The position numbers were made by a program, and so were the translations under genes. From NCBI GenBank assembly GCA_027487555.1, contig JAIYDI010000032.1, forward strand, positions 7,249-71,248: 64,000 nt of DNA, in the 5' to 3' direction. Under the pieces are notes generated by a model. The model was not told the DNA's origin and ran no database searches. It was given only the letters and a program-made list of their open reading frames with translations. This DNA comes from Hyphomicrobiales bacterium (lineage in GTDB: Bacteria; Pseudomonadota; Alphaproteobacteria; Rhizobiales; Devosiaceae). Below, piece by piece: positions 8,190 through 18,123 of this stretch; position 1 is the stretch's first letter, and every line of letters begins with the position of its first letter.

Positions 8190-9663
8190 GATGCCCCTGC
8201 CTCCCCTGCGCGTCGATGATGAGGTAGCCGTGCTTGATGTGCTCCTCTCCCGGCGGCTCGACGCCTTCATTGCAAAGACATTCCAACATCTCAACGATGG
8301 TCAGAACGTCAAGCCAAACTGGCTGCTGGGCACGATGGCGTGGCACCTGGACCAAGTAGAACGGGTCGAGTTGAAGCGTCTGATCATCAACGTCCCGCCG
8401 CGGCACCTGAAGTCGATCTCCGCCTCGGTTGCCTTTCCCGCCTTTGTGCTCGGGCGGAATCCTGGCACGACTTTTACCCTGGTCTGCTACTCGCAGGAGC
8501 TTGGCGAAAAGATGATGCGCGATCTGCGCAGCGTCCTTGCCAGTCAATGGTACCGGCAGGCGTTCCCGAATGTCCGCCTGACCAAGAACACCTCCTCCGA
8601 GATTGTCACCGACCGCAACGGCGGCGTGAACATGACCTCGGTCGAGGGGACGCTGACTGGCCGCGGCTCCGACATCATCATCGTCGACGATCCGATCAAG
8701 CCGGGGGACGTTCAGTCGGAAGCAGAACGCAAACGCGTCAACGAATGGTTCTCCAACACGCTGTTCTCCCGCCTCAACGACAAGAAGACTGGTCGCATCG
8801 TCGTGGCCATGCAGCGATTGCACGAGGATGATGTCACTGGCTACCTGACTGCATCACCCGGACATGGTTGGACCGTCCTAAAGGTGCCGGCCATCGCCGA
8901 CCTCGACACCCTCCATCCGGTGATCGGGCGGTCGGCGCCCTACATCCGTGCCGCCGGCAGCGTGATCGATCCTGACCGCGAGGACCTCGAAACGCTGGCC
9001 CAACTCCAGCGCGACCTCGGCTCATTGGTGTATTCCGCGCAGTACCAGCAGGAGCCACTGCCGCGGGAAGGCAACCTTGTGAAGATGGCGTGGTTCAGGA
9101 CCTATCCACCCGAGGCGCTGGAGTGGAGCTTCGATGCCGTCGTTGCGAGCTGGGATACGGCGTCTGCCGCGAACGAAAGCAACGACTTCTCGGTCTGCAC
9201 CCTCTGGGGCGTGAAAGACAACCGCTACTATCTTCTGCGCGTCTATCGCGAACGGCTCGAGTATCCCGATTTGCGGCGGCGAATCCTTGAGGTCGTCCGA
9301 CGCCATGGCACCGGGCGAGTCCTACTCGAGTGGGCCGACAGCGGGCGGAACCTCTACAGCGACCTGGCCGAACTAGACCGACGCAGCCGCTACAAGGTGA
9401 TGAAGCCGAAGGGGAGCAAGGAAGACCGCCTTGCAGCGTGCTCGGCCATCATCGAAGACGGTCGGGTCTACCTGCCGCAGTCGGCCGACTGGCTTGATGC
9501 TTTCCTAAGGGAGGTGACCGGCTTTCCAAACGCTCGACATGATGATCAGGTCGACAGCCTCAGCCAGTTCCTCAACCATATGCGCCACCAGACAGGTGGT
9601 CGGCTGAAGCTGAGCTCGGAGGGTCGGCCAAAGTTTGAGCGCAAGCGGCTTCGGCCACGTTGA
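8182..9663 (+). CDS. Phage terminase large subunit (Terminase_6/TIGR01630-like)
   Basis: 493 aa; the start overlaps the previous gene by 8 nt. Walker A-like VPPRHLKS, Walker B IIIVDDPIK, and a C-terminal nuclease segment FPNARHDDQVDSLSQ. Confidence 0.8.
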   Translation: MNKMPLPPLRVDDEVAVLDVLLSRRLDAFIAKTFQHLNDGQNVKPNWLLGTMAWHLDQVERVELKRLIINVPPRHLKSISASVAFPAFVLGRNPGTTFTLVCYSQELGEKMMRDLRSVLASQWYRQAFPNVRLTKNTSSEIVTDRNGGVNMTSVEGTLTGRGSDIIIVDDPIKPGDVQSEAERKRVNEWFSNTLFSRLNDKKTGRIVVAMQRLHEDDVTGYLTASPGHGWTVLKVPAIADLDTLHPVIGRSAPYIRAAGSVIDPDREDLETLAQLQRDLGSLVYSAQYQQEPLPREGNLVKMAWFRTYPPEALEWSFDAVVASWDTASAANESNDFSVCTLWGVKDNRYYLLRVYRERLEYPDLRRRILEVVRRHGTGRVLLEWADSGRNLYSDLAELDRRSRYKVMKPKGSKEDRLAACSAIIEDGRVYLPQSADWLDAFLREVTGFPNARHDDQVDSLSQFLNHMRHQTGGRLKLSSEGRPKFERKRLRPR

Positions 9664-9683
9664 ATTGTTTGGGCGACGGAGGT

Positions 9684-9713
9684 GAGGGGTGGGCTGTTGG
9701 CCAACTGCCCCTC
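9684..9713. terminator. Imperfect hairpin between convergent genes
   Basis: GAGGGGTGGGCTGTTGG/CCAACTGCCCCTC: outer GAGGGG/CCCCTC and inner GTTGGCCAAC palindrome. No clear T-tract. Confidence 0.4.
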
Positions 9714-9731
9714 GATCCTCCAATCTAACCC

Positions 9732-10577
9732 TCACTTCCCAAACCGCTCGACAGCCTCGACCCAATCGAAGGGCAGCGGATATGATCCCACGTACCAGCC
9801 GGTCATCACCGGGTTCCCATTCGTGTCGGTATAGTAGGAGCGCTGGATGTCCTCTTTGGTATGGGTCTCGAGGGGCACAAAGGCTGCATGACCATCCTTG
9901 TTCGCGACCATGAAGATCATGGGGTCGCTGAAGAACCCGCCGAAGAAACCCCCACCAAATAAGGTGCAGCCTGTAAGGCGGAACTCATCGATAATTTCGG
10001 ATTCGCACGTAGCGTTAGTGTATGGCCTGCCGTCGAAAGTCGTGAACAGGCCCCCTTTCGCCATCTTGATGTAGTGCAGCATCAGGGCCTCCTCGACTTT
10101 CTTGGCGTCGCCGCCCGTCGATGCTTTCCAGTCGGCCTCCTCGATCATCTCCCAGCCGCGCCAAAGGGCTTCGCAGCGCAGGCTCCACGACTCGGTCATC
10201 GCGACGGGCTCCCACTCCGTGAAGGCAGCACCGAGGTCCCTCTCGATCTGTGCGTAGTTGTCGGCCTGCCGCGCCCGGATCCAGTCACCCTTTTCGTCGG
10301 TGCCAGAGATTCCGAACTTGTCGTCAGCCTCGCGGATTGTGGCGAGGTAGCGCTCCTGACCGTCACAGTAGAGCTTCAGGGCATCGGGCCCGAATTTGCT
10401 CCCTTCTTCTGCCGCTACAGTGGAGCCGGCGCTCATCGCTGCGGCCGCTATCGCCAGACCAGCCACGAGGCTGATGCATCTCGTACGCGATGCCGCTTTG
10501 GCGTCGGCGATCCCTGCGTAAGTCGTTGGCTTGGTGCGCAAAAGTGATCTCCCTTGGGTTCGGTTGGTGCCGAACAC
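9732..10577 (-). CDS. Hypothetical exported protein
   Basis: 281 aa. A basic N-terminus is followed by the hydrophobic signal-like LVAGLAIAAAAMSAGSTVAAEE. No family recognised. Confidence 0.5.
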   Translation of the reverse strand: MFGTNRTQGRSLLRTKPTTYAGIADAKAASRTRCISLVAGLAIAAAAMSAGSTVAAEEGSKFGPDALKLYCDGQERYLATIREADDKFGISGTDEKGDWIRARQADNYAQIERDLGAAFTEWEPVAMTESWSLRCEALWRGWEMIEEADWKASTGGDAKKVEEALMLHYIKMAKGGLFTTFDGRPYTNATCESEIIDEFRLTGCTLFGGGFFGGFFSDPMIFMVANKDGHAAFVPLETHTKEDIQRSYYTDTNGNPVMTGWYVGSYPLPFDWVEAVERFGK

Positions 10578-10663
10578 TGATGAGACTCATAAGCTACAAG
10601 TCAACTCGAAATGAGACTCATCGGCTGTAGATCGATGGGCTACATCTGCGTTGCCTACAAGGC

Positions 10664-10891
10664 ATGGAACTTCGAGAAATCTTTGCGGCGAATATCAAGC
10701 GGTTGCGGAAAGATCGCGGCATGTCGCAGGAGGACCTGGCCTTCGAGTCAGGTCTGCATAGGACTTATATTTCCGGGATCGAGCGTGGGATCAGAAACGT
10801 CGGGCTCGACAACATCGGTGTCATCGCAGACGCACTGGACGTATTGCCGGACAAGCTATTGCTCCAACCTTCGGATTGGCCCGCTGGCTAA
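10664..10891 (+). CDS. XRE-family helix-turn-helix transcriptional regulator
   Basis: 75 aa. NIKRLRKDRGMSQEDLAFESGLHRTYISGIERGIRNVGLDNI is a canonical Cro/C1-type HTH. Confidence 0.8.
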   Translation: MELREIFAANIKRLRKDRGMSQEDLAFESGLHRTYISGIERGIRNVGLDNIGVIADALDVLPDKLLLQPSDWPAG

Positions 10892-11117
10892 GCGCGTCGC
10901 AAGCGGCCTTGAAGCTATTTGCTTGCAGGTGGCAGGTGATCGGCGCCACCCGCACGCCAGTACGTGCCTTTGCCTCCTCGGCCACAGCTGGATCGGTCAG
11001 ATCCCTCTCGGTGAAAGGAACGCCATTCAGAGTAAGCCAGGCCTTGAGCTGGTGGCAGTCAGGGCACGTGGGTGTGGTGTAGATTTCGACATCGGGGGAT
11101 TCGGTATCGGCGATCAT
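10821..11117 (-). CDS. Glutaredoxin/NrdH-like thioredoxin-fold protein (CPDC)
   Basis: ORF 10821..11324 trimmed to ATG 11117. Motif VEIYTTPTCPDCHQLKAWLTLNGVPFTERDL...GVRVAPIT. The 3' end overlaps the convergent XRE gene by 71 nt, so the C-terminus is uncertain. Confidence 0.55.
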   Translation of the reverse strand: MIADTESPDVEIYTTPTCPDCHQLKAWLTLNGVPFTERDLTDPAVAEEAKARTGVRVAPITCHLQANSFKAACDALSQRANPKVGAIACPAIRPVRLR

Positions 11118-11178
11118 GGCCTCCGGTGCTTGATCCGGAAACGGGGTGCCGCTTCCAACGCTGGTCGAGTCAAGGGCT

Positions 11179-11349
11179 TCACCCCAGACGTCGACCGATC
11201 GGTTCTTCACCGAGGCCAATATCGCGCCGAAGATGCGCACTGGTCGGTGCTGCCGCGGGACGACGTGACCGGAAGGACGCAAGCAGTCGCTTGATCCAGT
11301 TCGGCCGTGCTCTAGGTGATGCAAGATAGAGTTCGTAGTCTTCGATCAT
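11179..11349 (-). CDS. DUF1127-like small protein
   Basis: ORF 11179..11409 trimmed to ATG 11349 (GAGGAG RBS). WIKRLLASFRSRR...HLRRDIGL resembles the W..R.R.R...L.DIGL signature. Confidence 0.4.
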   Translation of the reverse strand: MIEDYELYLASPRARPNWIKRLLASFRSRRPAAAPTSAHLRRDIGLGEEPIGRRLG

Positions 11350-11408
11350 GGTGTGCTCCTCAATGGGTCGAGGGGTCGGACCGGGCTGCACCCGGTCCGA
11401 CCGGACCA

Positions 11409-12824
11409 TCAGCCGACCGGAACTTCGCGCTGCGGCGCGGAGCCACGAACGAAGACCACTGCCGCTGCTGCGCCCAGGAAGGCCGCCACTGCGGCACCGA
11501 AGAAGGCCGTCTGGAAGCCGGCTAGCAGGTTTGCCGTTTCGGCTCCGCCATGCGGCGCGACTGAAGCCGCCAGGGCCACCATCACGGCAAGACCCACCGC
11601 GGATCCAACCTGGTAAGTGGTGTTGATGATGCCCGAGGCGAGGCCGGTTTCTTCTGGCTTGGCGCCGGACATTCCCGACATGGTGGCCGGAATGTAGGCG
11701 AGAGCCATGCCAAGCGCGGCCAGCAGCGATGCCGGCAGGACGTTGACCCAGAAGGTCCTATCCGTCGGCAGGTTGGCGAACATGAGCAGTGCGGCGCCCA
11801 TCAAAAGCAGTCCGATGGTCAGGTTGGCCTTGGGTCCGAACCGACCGATGAGGCGGCCCGAGAACCCGACCATCACGACCATAATCATTAAGGTCATCGG
11901 CAGCAGGGCCAGGCCGCTGGCGAGTGCGGAGAGGCCCAAGATCTGCTGCAGATAGAGGTTCAGGAAGAACCAGAGCGGGATCCAGGCAGCACCAAGCAGG
12001 GCCATAACCAGATTTCCTGCGGCAAGGTTGGGTGCCTTGAAGATGGTCAGAGGCAGCAACGGTTCGCGGCGGGCAGCCTGGATCACCAGGAAGATCACCA
12101 GCAGGATCGCGGCAACGGCAAGCAGAATGAGGATCTGCGCTGAGGCCCAGCCCACGGTCTCGGCCGTGACGATGGCATAGACCAGGGTGACGAGAGCCCC
12201 GGTAACGGTGATGGCCCCAAACCAATCAACGCGGCCGGTGCTTCTCGGGGACTTGCGCAAGACGGCCGGAATCAGCGCCAGCACCAGCAGACCCAGCGGC
12301 ACGTTGATGAGGAAGGTCCAGGGCCAGGCGAGCCACTCAGTGATGACACCACCGAGGAACACGCCAGCCGAGCCGCCTGCAGCTGCGGCAGCGCCCCAGA
12401 AGCCGAAAGCCTTGCCGAGCTCGGCACCGTTGTGAGCGAAGAGACGCATAACAATGGTGAGGGCCGCAGGAGCGATCAGTGCGGCACCGACCCCCTGCAA
12501 TGCCCGGCCGGCCAGCAGCAGTTCCTGGCTGTTGGTGAGGCCGGCCAGCAGCGATGCTGCGGTAAGGATCACGAAGCCTGTCGTGAAAATGCGCCGGGCG
12601 CCGAACAGGTCACTGAGGCGACCGCCCAGCAGCAGCAGGCCGCCGAAGGCGATGACATAGGCATTGAAGATCCAGCTCAGGCCGCCGGGGCTGAAGCCTA
12701 GTTCGGTCTGGATGGCGGGCAGCGCCACGCCGATGATCGAAGTATCGAGGATGACTATGAACTGGGCCGCGCAAAGCAGCGCGAGCGCCAGCCACCTCTT
12801 GGGGTCGGGTCTAGAGAGTTCCAT
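11409..12824 (-). CDS. MFS transporter, DHA2 (EmrB/QacA-like, about 14 TMS)
   Basis: 471 aa, many hydrophobic spans. The N-terminal FIVILDTSIIGVALPAIQ...LSWIFNAYVIAFGGLLLLGGRLSDLFGARRIF is typical of DHA2. Confidence 0.85.
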   Translation of the reverse strand: MELSRPDPKRWLALALLCAAQFIVILDTSIIGVALPAIQTELGFSPGGLSWIFNAYVIAFGGLLLLGGRLSDLFGARRIFTTGFVILTAASLLAGLTNSQELLLAGRALQGVGAALIAPAALTIVMRLFAHNGAELGKAFGFWGAAAAAGGSAGVFLGGVITEWLAWPWTFLINVPLGLLVLALIPAVLRKSPRSTGRVDWFGAITVTGALVTLVYAIVTAETVGWASAQILILLAVAAILLVIFLVIQAARREPLLPLTIFKAPNLAAGNLVMALLGAAWIPLWFFLNLYLQQILGLSALASGLALLPMTLMIMVVMVGFSGRLIGRFGPKANLTIGLLLMGAALLMFANLPTDRTFWVNVLPASLLAALGMALAYIPATMSGMSGAKPEETGLASGIINTTYQVGSAVGLAVMVALAASVAPHGGAETANLLAGFQTAFFGAAVAAFLGAAAAVVFVRGSAPQREVPVG

Positions 12825-12906
12825 TTCGAAGTTCCTTTGCGTCGGGTTCCGGTCATCCGGAACATCTTGGATCGCGCTTCAAAATCGCGATTGTCTCGAC
12901 GCCTAA

Positions 12907-12930
12907 GGCTTCCAACTCTTGGAAGGTCAA
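12907..12930 (-). promoter_or_regulatory. CueR/MerR-type promoter-operator upstream of the MFS gene
   Basis: The minus strand reads TTGACCTTCCAAGAGTTGGAAGCC. It has -35 TTGACC, a perfect dyad CTTCCAA-GAG-TTGGAAG, and a 19-nt spacer to TAGGCG. It lies about 100 nt upstream of the MFS start. Confidence 0.6.
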
Positions 12931-13024
12931 TAGCGAAAATCAATGTGATTGGAAGAAATTAAGCCGACCCATTGGCGGCACTAAGTAACGGCGAGCGTCG
13001 TCAATCGATCGACTGCCGGCGGCA

Positions 13025-13060
13025 GAAAAACAAAAAAGGCCGCAGTAGTACTGCGGCCTT
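13025..13060 (-). terminator. Rho-independent terminator after copA-cueR
   Basis: On the minus strand, GGCCGCAG-TACTA-CTGCGGCC is followed by TTTTTTGTTTTT. It starts 22 nt after the cueR stop (hairpin top 13058, stop 13081). Confidence 0.65.
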
Positions 13061-13080
13061 TTGACAACTGCATTGGCAAA

Positions 13081-13545
13081 CTAGCCGGCGTGCGCCCGAT
13101 CCGGCGCGATGTCGGTGACACCAAAGCGCGGCTGGCGTTTCTTCGGCTCCGGCGCTGCCGCCGAGGCGAACCCTTCGATGATCGGGCAATCGGGCCGCCC
13201 GTCGCCGTGGCAGTTGTTTGCAAGGTGACGCAGGGTGTCGCTCATTGCCTTGAGCGCCTTTGCCTTCTCTTCGAGGACGCGGATGTGCTCGAGGGCGATA
13301 TCTTTAACGTCTGCACTTGCCCGGGACCGGTCCCGCCAAAGGGCCAGAAGATTGCTCATCTGATCAACAGAGAAACCGAGATCCCGCGCCTGGCTGATGA
13401 AGCGAAGCGCATGGATTTCGTTTTCCGAGTAGATCCGGTAGCCGGAATCGGTGCGCAGCGGCGACTTAATGAGGCCGATGGACTCGTAGTATCGGATCAT
13501 CTTGGTGGAGACGCCGCTTGCCTTGGAGGCTTCGCCGATGTTCAT
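13081..13545 (-). CDS. cueR: MerR-family Cu(I)-responsive regulator (CueR/HmrR type)
   Basis: 154 aa. [29 protein letters not shown]; C-terminal metal loop CHGDGRPDC (Cys-x7-Cys). The start overlaps the copA stop (ATGA). Confidence 0.9.
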   Translation of the reverse strand: MNIGEASKASGVSTKMIRYYESIGLIKSPLRTDSGYRIYSENEIHALRFISQARDLGFSVDQMSNLLALWRDRSRASADVKDIALEHIRVLEEKAKALKAMSDTLRHLANNCHGDGRPDCPIIEGFASAAAPEPKKRQPRFGVTDIAPDRAHAG

Positions 13546-16109
13546 GATGCAGGCTCCAGAATTTCGAGATTGGCGGTGGAAGAGTCCCGCGTGTCGCGAG
13601 CCTTCTGGTTGGTGGTAAGTGGCCCCGCAAAACGGCGCAGTCGTAGGGCGTTGGCGATTACAAAAACGCTGGAGAGCGCCATCGCGCCGGCTGCGAGGAC
13701 TGGGGAGAGCAGCACGCCGTTGAGGGGGAACAGTATACCAGCCGCGACCGGAATCAGGGTTACGTTGTAGGCGAAGGCCCAGAACAGGTTCTGCTTGATG
13801 TTGCCGATCGTTGCTTTTGACAGAGCAATCGCGTTGACCACACCCCGCAGGTCCCCTGACATCAGCACGACGTCGGCGCTCTCGATGGCGATATCGGTGC
13901 CGGTGCCGACCGCGAGACCGACATCCGCCTCAGCAAGGGCCGGCGCATCGTTGATGCCGTCGCCAACATAGGCGATTTTGCGGTTGTCGGCGCGGAGCGA
14001 CCTTATCGCTTCGACCTTCCCCTCGGGCAGCACCTCTGCCACGACTTCATCGATCCCCAGGCGCCTGGCCACGGCGTGGGCGGTCCGCGAATTGTCGCCG
14101 GTGATCATCGCCACTCGCAGACCAAGTTCGTGAAGGGACCGGATCGCTTCTGCGGAGGTCTCCTTGATCGGGTCGGAGACCGCAATGATCGCTGCCAGCT
14201 CGCCATCGATGGCCGCATAGAGCGGCGATTTGCCCTCGTCGCCTAGCACACCCGCGATCGAGTTAAACATTGACACGTCGATCCCTGCCTTTGTCATGGC
14301 TCGATCGGCGCCAATGAGCACACGGCGACCAGAGACGTTGCCGGTGACGCCGAAGCCGGGCTCGGCCTCGAACGCGGTCACTTCCGAAAGCAGCAGTCGG
14401 TCCTTGGTCGCCGCCGCCACAATGGCTTCGGCGATAGGGTGTTCGGACTTCGCCTCGATACTTGCAACTAGCGCAAGGACCTGGTCGCGGTCAAAGCCGG
14501 GGCGAACATACAGATCGGTGAGTTCCGGCTTGCCCTTGGTCAGTGTACCCGTCTTGTCGAGTGCGACGATCTGGGCCGAACGTAGCGTCTGCAGGGCCTC
14601 TCCCTTGCGAAACAGGATGCCCAGTTCGGCGGCGCGACCGGTGCCGACCATAATCGAGGTCGGTGTCGCCAGCCCCATGGCGCATGGGCAGGCGATGATC
14701 AGCACGGCGACCGCATTGATCAGCGCGAAGGTCAGGGCTGGCGATGGGCCGAACACGAACCAGACAGCGAAAGTCAGCAGCGCTGCGCCGATAACGGCGG
14801 GTACAAACCAGGACGTCACCTTGTCCACCAGCGCCTGGATCGGCAGCTTGGAGCCTTGGGCCGCCTCGACCATGCGAACGATCTGGGCCAGCACAGTATC
14901 GGCACCAACCTTGGTGGCCGAGAAGGCGAAGGCGCCGGTGCGGTTGATAGTACCGCCGACGACTTCGGCTCCGGCACGCTTGTGCGCTGGAACCGGCTCG
15001 CCAGTGATCATCGATTCATCGACGTAGGACTCGCCATCGATGACCAGGCCATCGACCGGCACGCGGTCACCCGGCCGGATCTCGATCCAGTCGCCGACGA
15101 TCACCTGGTCGATCGGAAGCTCAAGCGTCACACCCTGACGCACCACTCGGGCGCTCTTTGGCTGCAGGCCGATGAGCCGCTTGATCGCCTGACTGGTCCG
15201 GCCCTTGGCGCGAGCCTCGAGATATCGGCCGAGCAGGATCAACGTCACGATGACGGCGGCGGCCTCGTAGTAGACATAGGCGGTGCCTCGCGGCAGCAGC
15301 GAAGGCAGGAAGGTCGAGACGATCGAGTAGCCCCAGGCCGCACTGGTGCCGAGCACGACAAGCGAGTTCATGTCGGGCGTGCCGCGAAGCAGGTTCGGGA
15401 TGCCCTTCCTGAAAAACCGCAGGCCCGGCCCGAACAGGACGATCGTGGCCAGCGCGAACTGGATGTAAAGATTGTTCGGCATGCCGATGTTCGTCATGAT
15501 CCACTCGTGGATCGCCGGAAAATAGTGCGAGCCCATCTCCATGGCGAACAGCGGGACCGTAAGGATTGCGGCGATCGCCAAGGCATTGCGCAGGTGCCGG
15601 ATTTCGCTGGCGCGGCGATCCTCGCCGTCATCAACGACGGCCTTCGCGGCCTTGACGATGTCATATCCGGTGGCCCTGACGGCCTCCTCGAGTTGCTGAC
15701 GTGTTACCGAGCCGCCCGCTACGGCAACAGCGGCTCGTTCGGTGGCGAGGTTGACGGCCGCTGACTTGACGCCGGGTACAGCCAATAGGGCTTTTTCAAT
15801 GCGCGCCACACACGAAGCGCAGGTCATCCCCTCAATTTGAAGCTCGACCGTCTCCTCGCGGATGGTGTAGCCGGCCTTGTCGATCGCGGCGACGACAGAC
15901 TTGGCGTCCGGCTTGCCAGTGAACGCTACGGTCGCTTTCTCGGTCGCAAGATTCACGTTGGCGGAGACGACACCAGGCACGGCACGGATCGCCTTCTCGA
16001 CCCGCGCAACGCAAGAGGCGCAGGTCATTCCCTCGATCTGGAAATCGGTGGACTGAGTGGCTACTCTGGCCGGCACGGCAGGCTCATTCACGGCAATTGA
16101 CGATAGCAT
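13542..16109 (-). CDS. copA: Copper-exporting P1B-1 ATPase with two N-terminal HMA domains (CopA/ActP)
   Basis: 855 aa. Two [11 protein letters not shown] motifs, TM CPC ([12 protein letters not shown]), [17 protein letters not shown], and C-terminal [16 protein letters not shown]. Confidence 0.95.
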   Translation of the reverse strand: MLSSIAVNEPAVPARVATQSTDFQIEGMTCASCVARVEKAIRAVPGVVSANVNLATEKATVAFTGKPDAKSVVAAIDKAGYTIREETVELQIEGMTCASCVARIEKALLAVPGVKSAAVNLATERAAVAVAGGSVTRQQLEEAVRATGYDIVKAAKAVVDDGEDRRASEIRHLRNALAIAAILTVPLFAMEMGSHYFPAIHEWIMTNIGMPNNLYIQFALATIVLFGPGLRFFRKGIPNLLRGTPDMNSLVVLGTSAAWGYSIVSTFLPSLLPRGTAYVYYEAAAVIVTLILLGRYLEARAKGRTSQAIKRLIGLQPKSARVVRQGVTLELPIDQVIVGDWIEIRPGDRVPVDGLVIDGESYVDESMITGEPVPAHKRAGAEVVGGTINRTGAFAFSATKVGADTVLAQIVRMVEAAQGSKLPIQALVDKVTSWFVPAVIGAALLTFAVWFVFGPSPALTFALINAVAVLIIACPCAMGLATPTSIMVGTGRAAELGILFRKGEALQTLRSAQIVALDKTGTLTKGKPELTDLYVRPGFDRDQVLALVASIEAKSEHPIAEAIVAAATKDRLLLSEVTAFEAEPGFGVTGNVSGRRVLIGADRAMTKAGIDVSMFNSIAGVLGDEGKSPLYAAIDGELAAIIAVSDPIKETSAEAIRSLHELGLRVAMITGDNSRTAHAVARRLGIDEVVAEVLPEGKVEAIRSLRADNRKIAYVGDGINDAPALAEADVGLAVGTGTDIAIESADVVLMSGDLRGVVNAIALSKATIGNIKQNLFWAFAYNVTLIPVAAGILFPLNGVLLSPVLAAGAMALSSVFVIANALRLRRFAGPLTTNQKARDTRDSSTANLEILEPAS

Positions 16110-16146
16110 TTCGGCAGTCCTTCATTCGACTGCTCCGACAGATAAT

Positions 16147-16170
16147 CCTTCCAACGATGGGAAGGTCAAG
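16147..16170 (-). promoter_or_regulatory. CueR-type promoter-operator of copA
   Basis: The minus strand reads TTGACCTTCCCATCGTTGGAAGGA, with a 19-nt spacer to TATCTG. It is 38 nt upstream of the copA start. The -35 contains the stop codon of the upstream TetR gene. Confidence 0.7.
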
Positions 16171-16723
16171 GGGTGTTTTCGCCGCCGCGGTCGGACTCGA
16201 ACCTCGCCGCCAGCTGGCGGAAGTGGGTGCCCACCTCTGACGGAGGTTGTCTCGCACCTGAAGCGATCCAGCTTCGAATGGCGGAAATCAGTGCTCCGGT
16301 GAGCATAGCGACTTCCAGATGGCGCTCCATCCCTCGCCCTAGCTCGCTTGCAACGATCCCCTCGACGATGGATTGGAATTCCCTGTCAGCCAGCGATCCG
16401 CCGCCGCCATTCAAGAGTGCGAGATAGAGCCCAGCATGCGCCCTGGCATGCAGCAACAAAGGCTCGACAAAACCCCAGGCGTTCTCCGAAGCTGCGCCGC
16501 TCAGCAGTGGCTCGATGTCGTCCCGCAGCATTTGAAAGCCGTACTTCAGCAGCTCATCCTTGGATTTGAAGTGAGCGTAGAAAGTCGTTCGGCCGACGTC
16601 CGCTTCATCGATGATGTCTTGTACCGAGATCGCGTCGTAGCCGCGCTCGACGATCAGCGACGTGAAGGCTGAGTAGAGTGCCTCTCGGGTTTTCCGGATG
16701 CGGCGATCCATATTTCCAAACAT
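16166..16723 (-). CDS. TetR/AcrR-family transcriptional regulator
   Basis: 185 aa. N-terminal [55 protein letters not shown]. Confidence 0.85.
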   Translation of the reverse strand: MFGNMDRRIRKTREALYSAFTSLIVERGYDAISVQDIIDEADVGRTTFYAHFKSKDELLKYGFQMLRDDIEPLLSGAASENAWGFVEPLLLHARAHAGLYLALLNGGGGSLADREFQSIVEGIVASELGRGMERHLEVAMLTGALISAIRSWIASGARQPPSEVGTHFRQLAARFESDRGGENTP

Positions 16724-16826
16724 CCAGTGGCGAACTGTCCCGAACCGAATGGTCCGACAGCTCGGTGGGTTTCCCGAACATACTGTTCGTTATAGGCACC
16801 GTGTCCAACACTTTCGGAGACACACC

Positions 16827-17291
16827 ATGTCAGCGCATCGCCTGGACCTCATCTCAATAGCGACCTTGGTCGCCACTCTTGTGGCTACAGGTATCCACCA
16901 CATCTTTCGGCTTGGACCGGCACTTCTCGTGCCGACGCTCATCGGGATCGCATTGGCCGTCGGCCTGTGGACCCTTTACGGCAAGACGCGCCGGCTCGGT
17001 TTTCTCGTGGGCTATGGGGTCTTTGCCGCCCTGGTCGTGTTCTGGTTTGGGTTCCTTGACGGGTTTCTCGATCACGTCGCGAAGGCGGCGGGGTTGGAGA
17101 ATGTGACATTCCTGCCTGGCAGCGAAGCGGAGGTTGTTGCAACAGCGATGCAGCTTTGGTCTCAAGAGGCCAGCACCGCGTTCTATGAAGGCACGGGGAT
17201 CCTGAGCGCCATTCTTGCCTTGCTCACCGCGGTGGCTACGGTTGCTTTCATCTACCGGGAAGTTCCCGCGCGAAGAGAAACTTCCAGCTGA
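16827..17291 (+). CDS. Integral membrane protein, unknown function
   Basis: ORF 16698..17291 trimmed to ATG 16827 (GGAGA RBS). Four hydrophobic spans. Divergent from the TetR gene. Confidence 0.5.
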   Translation: MSAHRLDLISIATLVATLVATGIHHIFRLGPALLVPTLIGIALAVGLWTLYGKTRRLGFLVGYGVFAALVVFWFGFLDGFLDHVAKAAGLENVTFLPGSEAEVVATAMQLWSQEASTAFYEGTGILSAILALLTAVATVAFIYREVPARRETSS

Positions 17292-17308
17292 ACTCGGCGG
17301 CGGCCGCA

Positions 17309-17839
17309 CTAGCTGCTTTGACCGCCCTCCTGGTCGGCGGTCAAGCTATACCGCCTGTTCCAGCCATAGCGCGTCAACCCTGCCGGTTTGTACACGGACA
17401 GGATGGTGGCTCCCAGCAGAACCGCCAGGCCGGCACCGGAATGGAGAACCATGGAGAACTTGGCGGTTGCCCACTCGGCACTCAGCAGTGCCTCCACAGG
17501 CAAGGCGGCGAGTAGCCGGATATTGCCGAGCTGCAGCCAGAGCACGACGACCACCAGCACGGTCAGCACAAGCTTGATCAGCACCCAGTAGTGCCGGATG
17601 AGTCCCCAGGGCGTGACCAATGACTGCAGCGTCCCGAGCGCAAGCGTGATCAAAGCCAGCGGAACGATCAGATACTGAGTGATCAGATCCATTGCTGGGT
17701 AGACGGTTTGGCCAACCACCGAGCCGTTGAGGCCTGCCACCGCCAGGATAAGGAAGCCGGCCACGCCACCAACGAGGCCCACCGACGTTGCGATGTGGGT
17801 CAGCAAGAGGAGGCGCCTCGCGGATGGCCCGGCCCTCAT
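17309..17839 (-). CDS. Integral membrane protein, unknown function
   Basis: ORF 17309..17974 trimmed to ATG 17839 (MRAGPSARRLLLLTHIATSVGLV...). Four or five hydrophobic spans. Confidence 0.5.
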   Translation of the reverse strand: MRAGPSARRLLLLTHIATSVGLVGGVAGFLILAVAGLNGSVVGQTVYPAMDLITQYLIVPLALITLALGTLQSLVTPWGLIRHYWVLIKLVLTVLVVVVLWLQLGNIRLLAALPVEALLSAEWATAKFSMVLHSGAGLAVLLGATILSVYKPAGLTRYGWNRRYSLTADQEGGQSS

Positions 17840-18036
17840 GGATTGGTCGTCCCTTCGGTTTGACTGGGACTCATGTGCCGCCAGGGACCGTGCGTTCCAC
17901 CGATACCAGTCACCATCGCGATCCCTGCGAGGACGACGAGCACCACAGCCGAGAGCCCCAGGACCTTCACCCAACGCGGCGTAGCATGCGGGGCCCCGGC
18001 CGCCTTCCTCATTCCATGAACCATCACACCCTCCAT
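17836..18036 (-). CDS. Small single-span membrane protein (tentative)
   Basis: 66 aa with hydrophobic core VKVLGLSAVVLVVLAGIAMV. Its stop overlaps the next start (ATGA at 17836-17839), suggesting coupling. Confidence 0.35.
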   Translation of the reverse strand: MEGVMVHGMRKAAGAPHATPRWVKVLGLSAVVLVVLAGIAMVTGIGGTHGPWRHMSPSQTEGTTNP

Positions 18037-18123
18037 TTGATGATGATGGATTTATCGAGACACTTTGTCTATGTCAACGCAGTTCGTCTCGACACGCGCG
18101 CACGTGTTCCGTATACCCGACGC

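Noticed and set aside
10611-11294. 227-aa plus-strand ORF
   Set aside because: It is out of frame with the clear XRE gene and antisense to the glutaredoxin-like ORF. No motifs.
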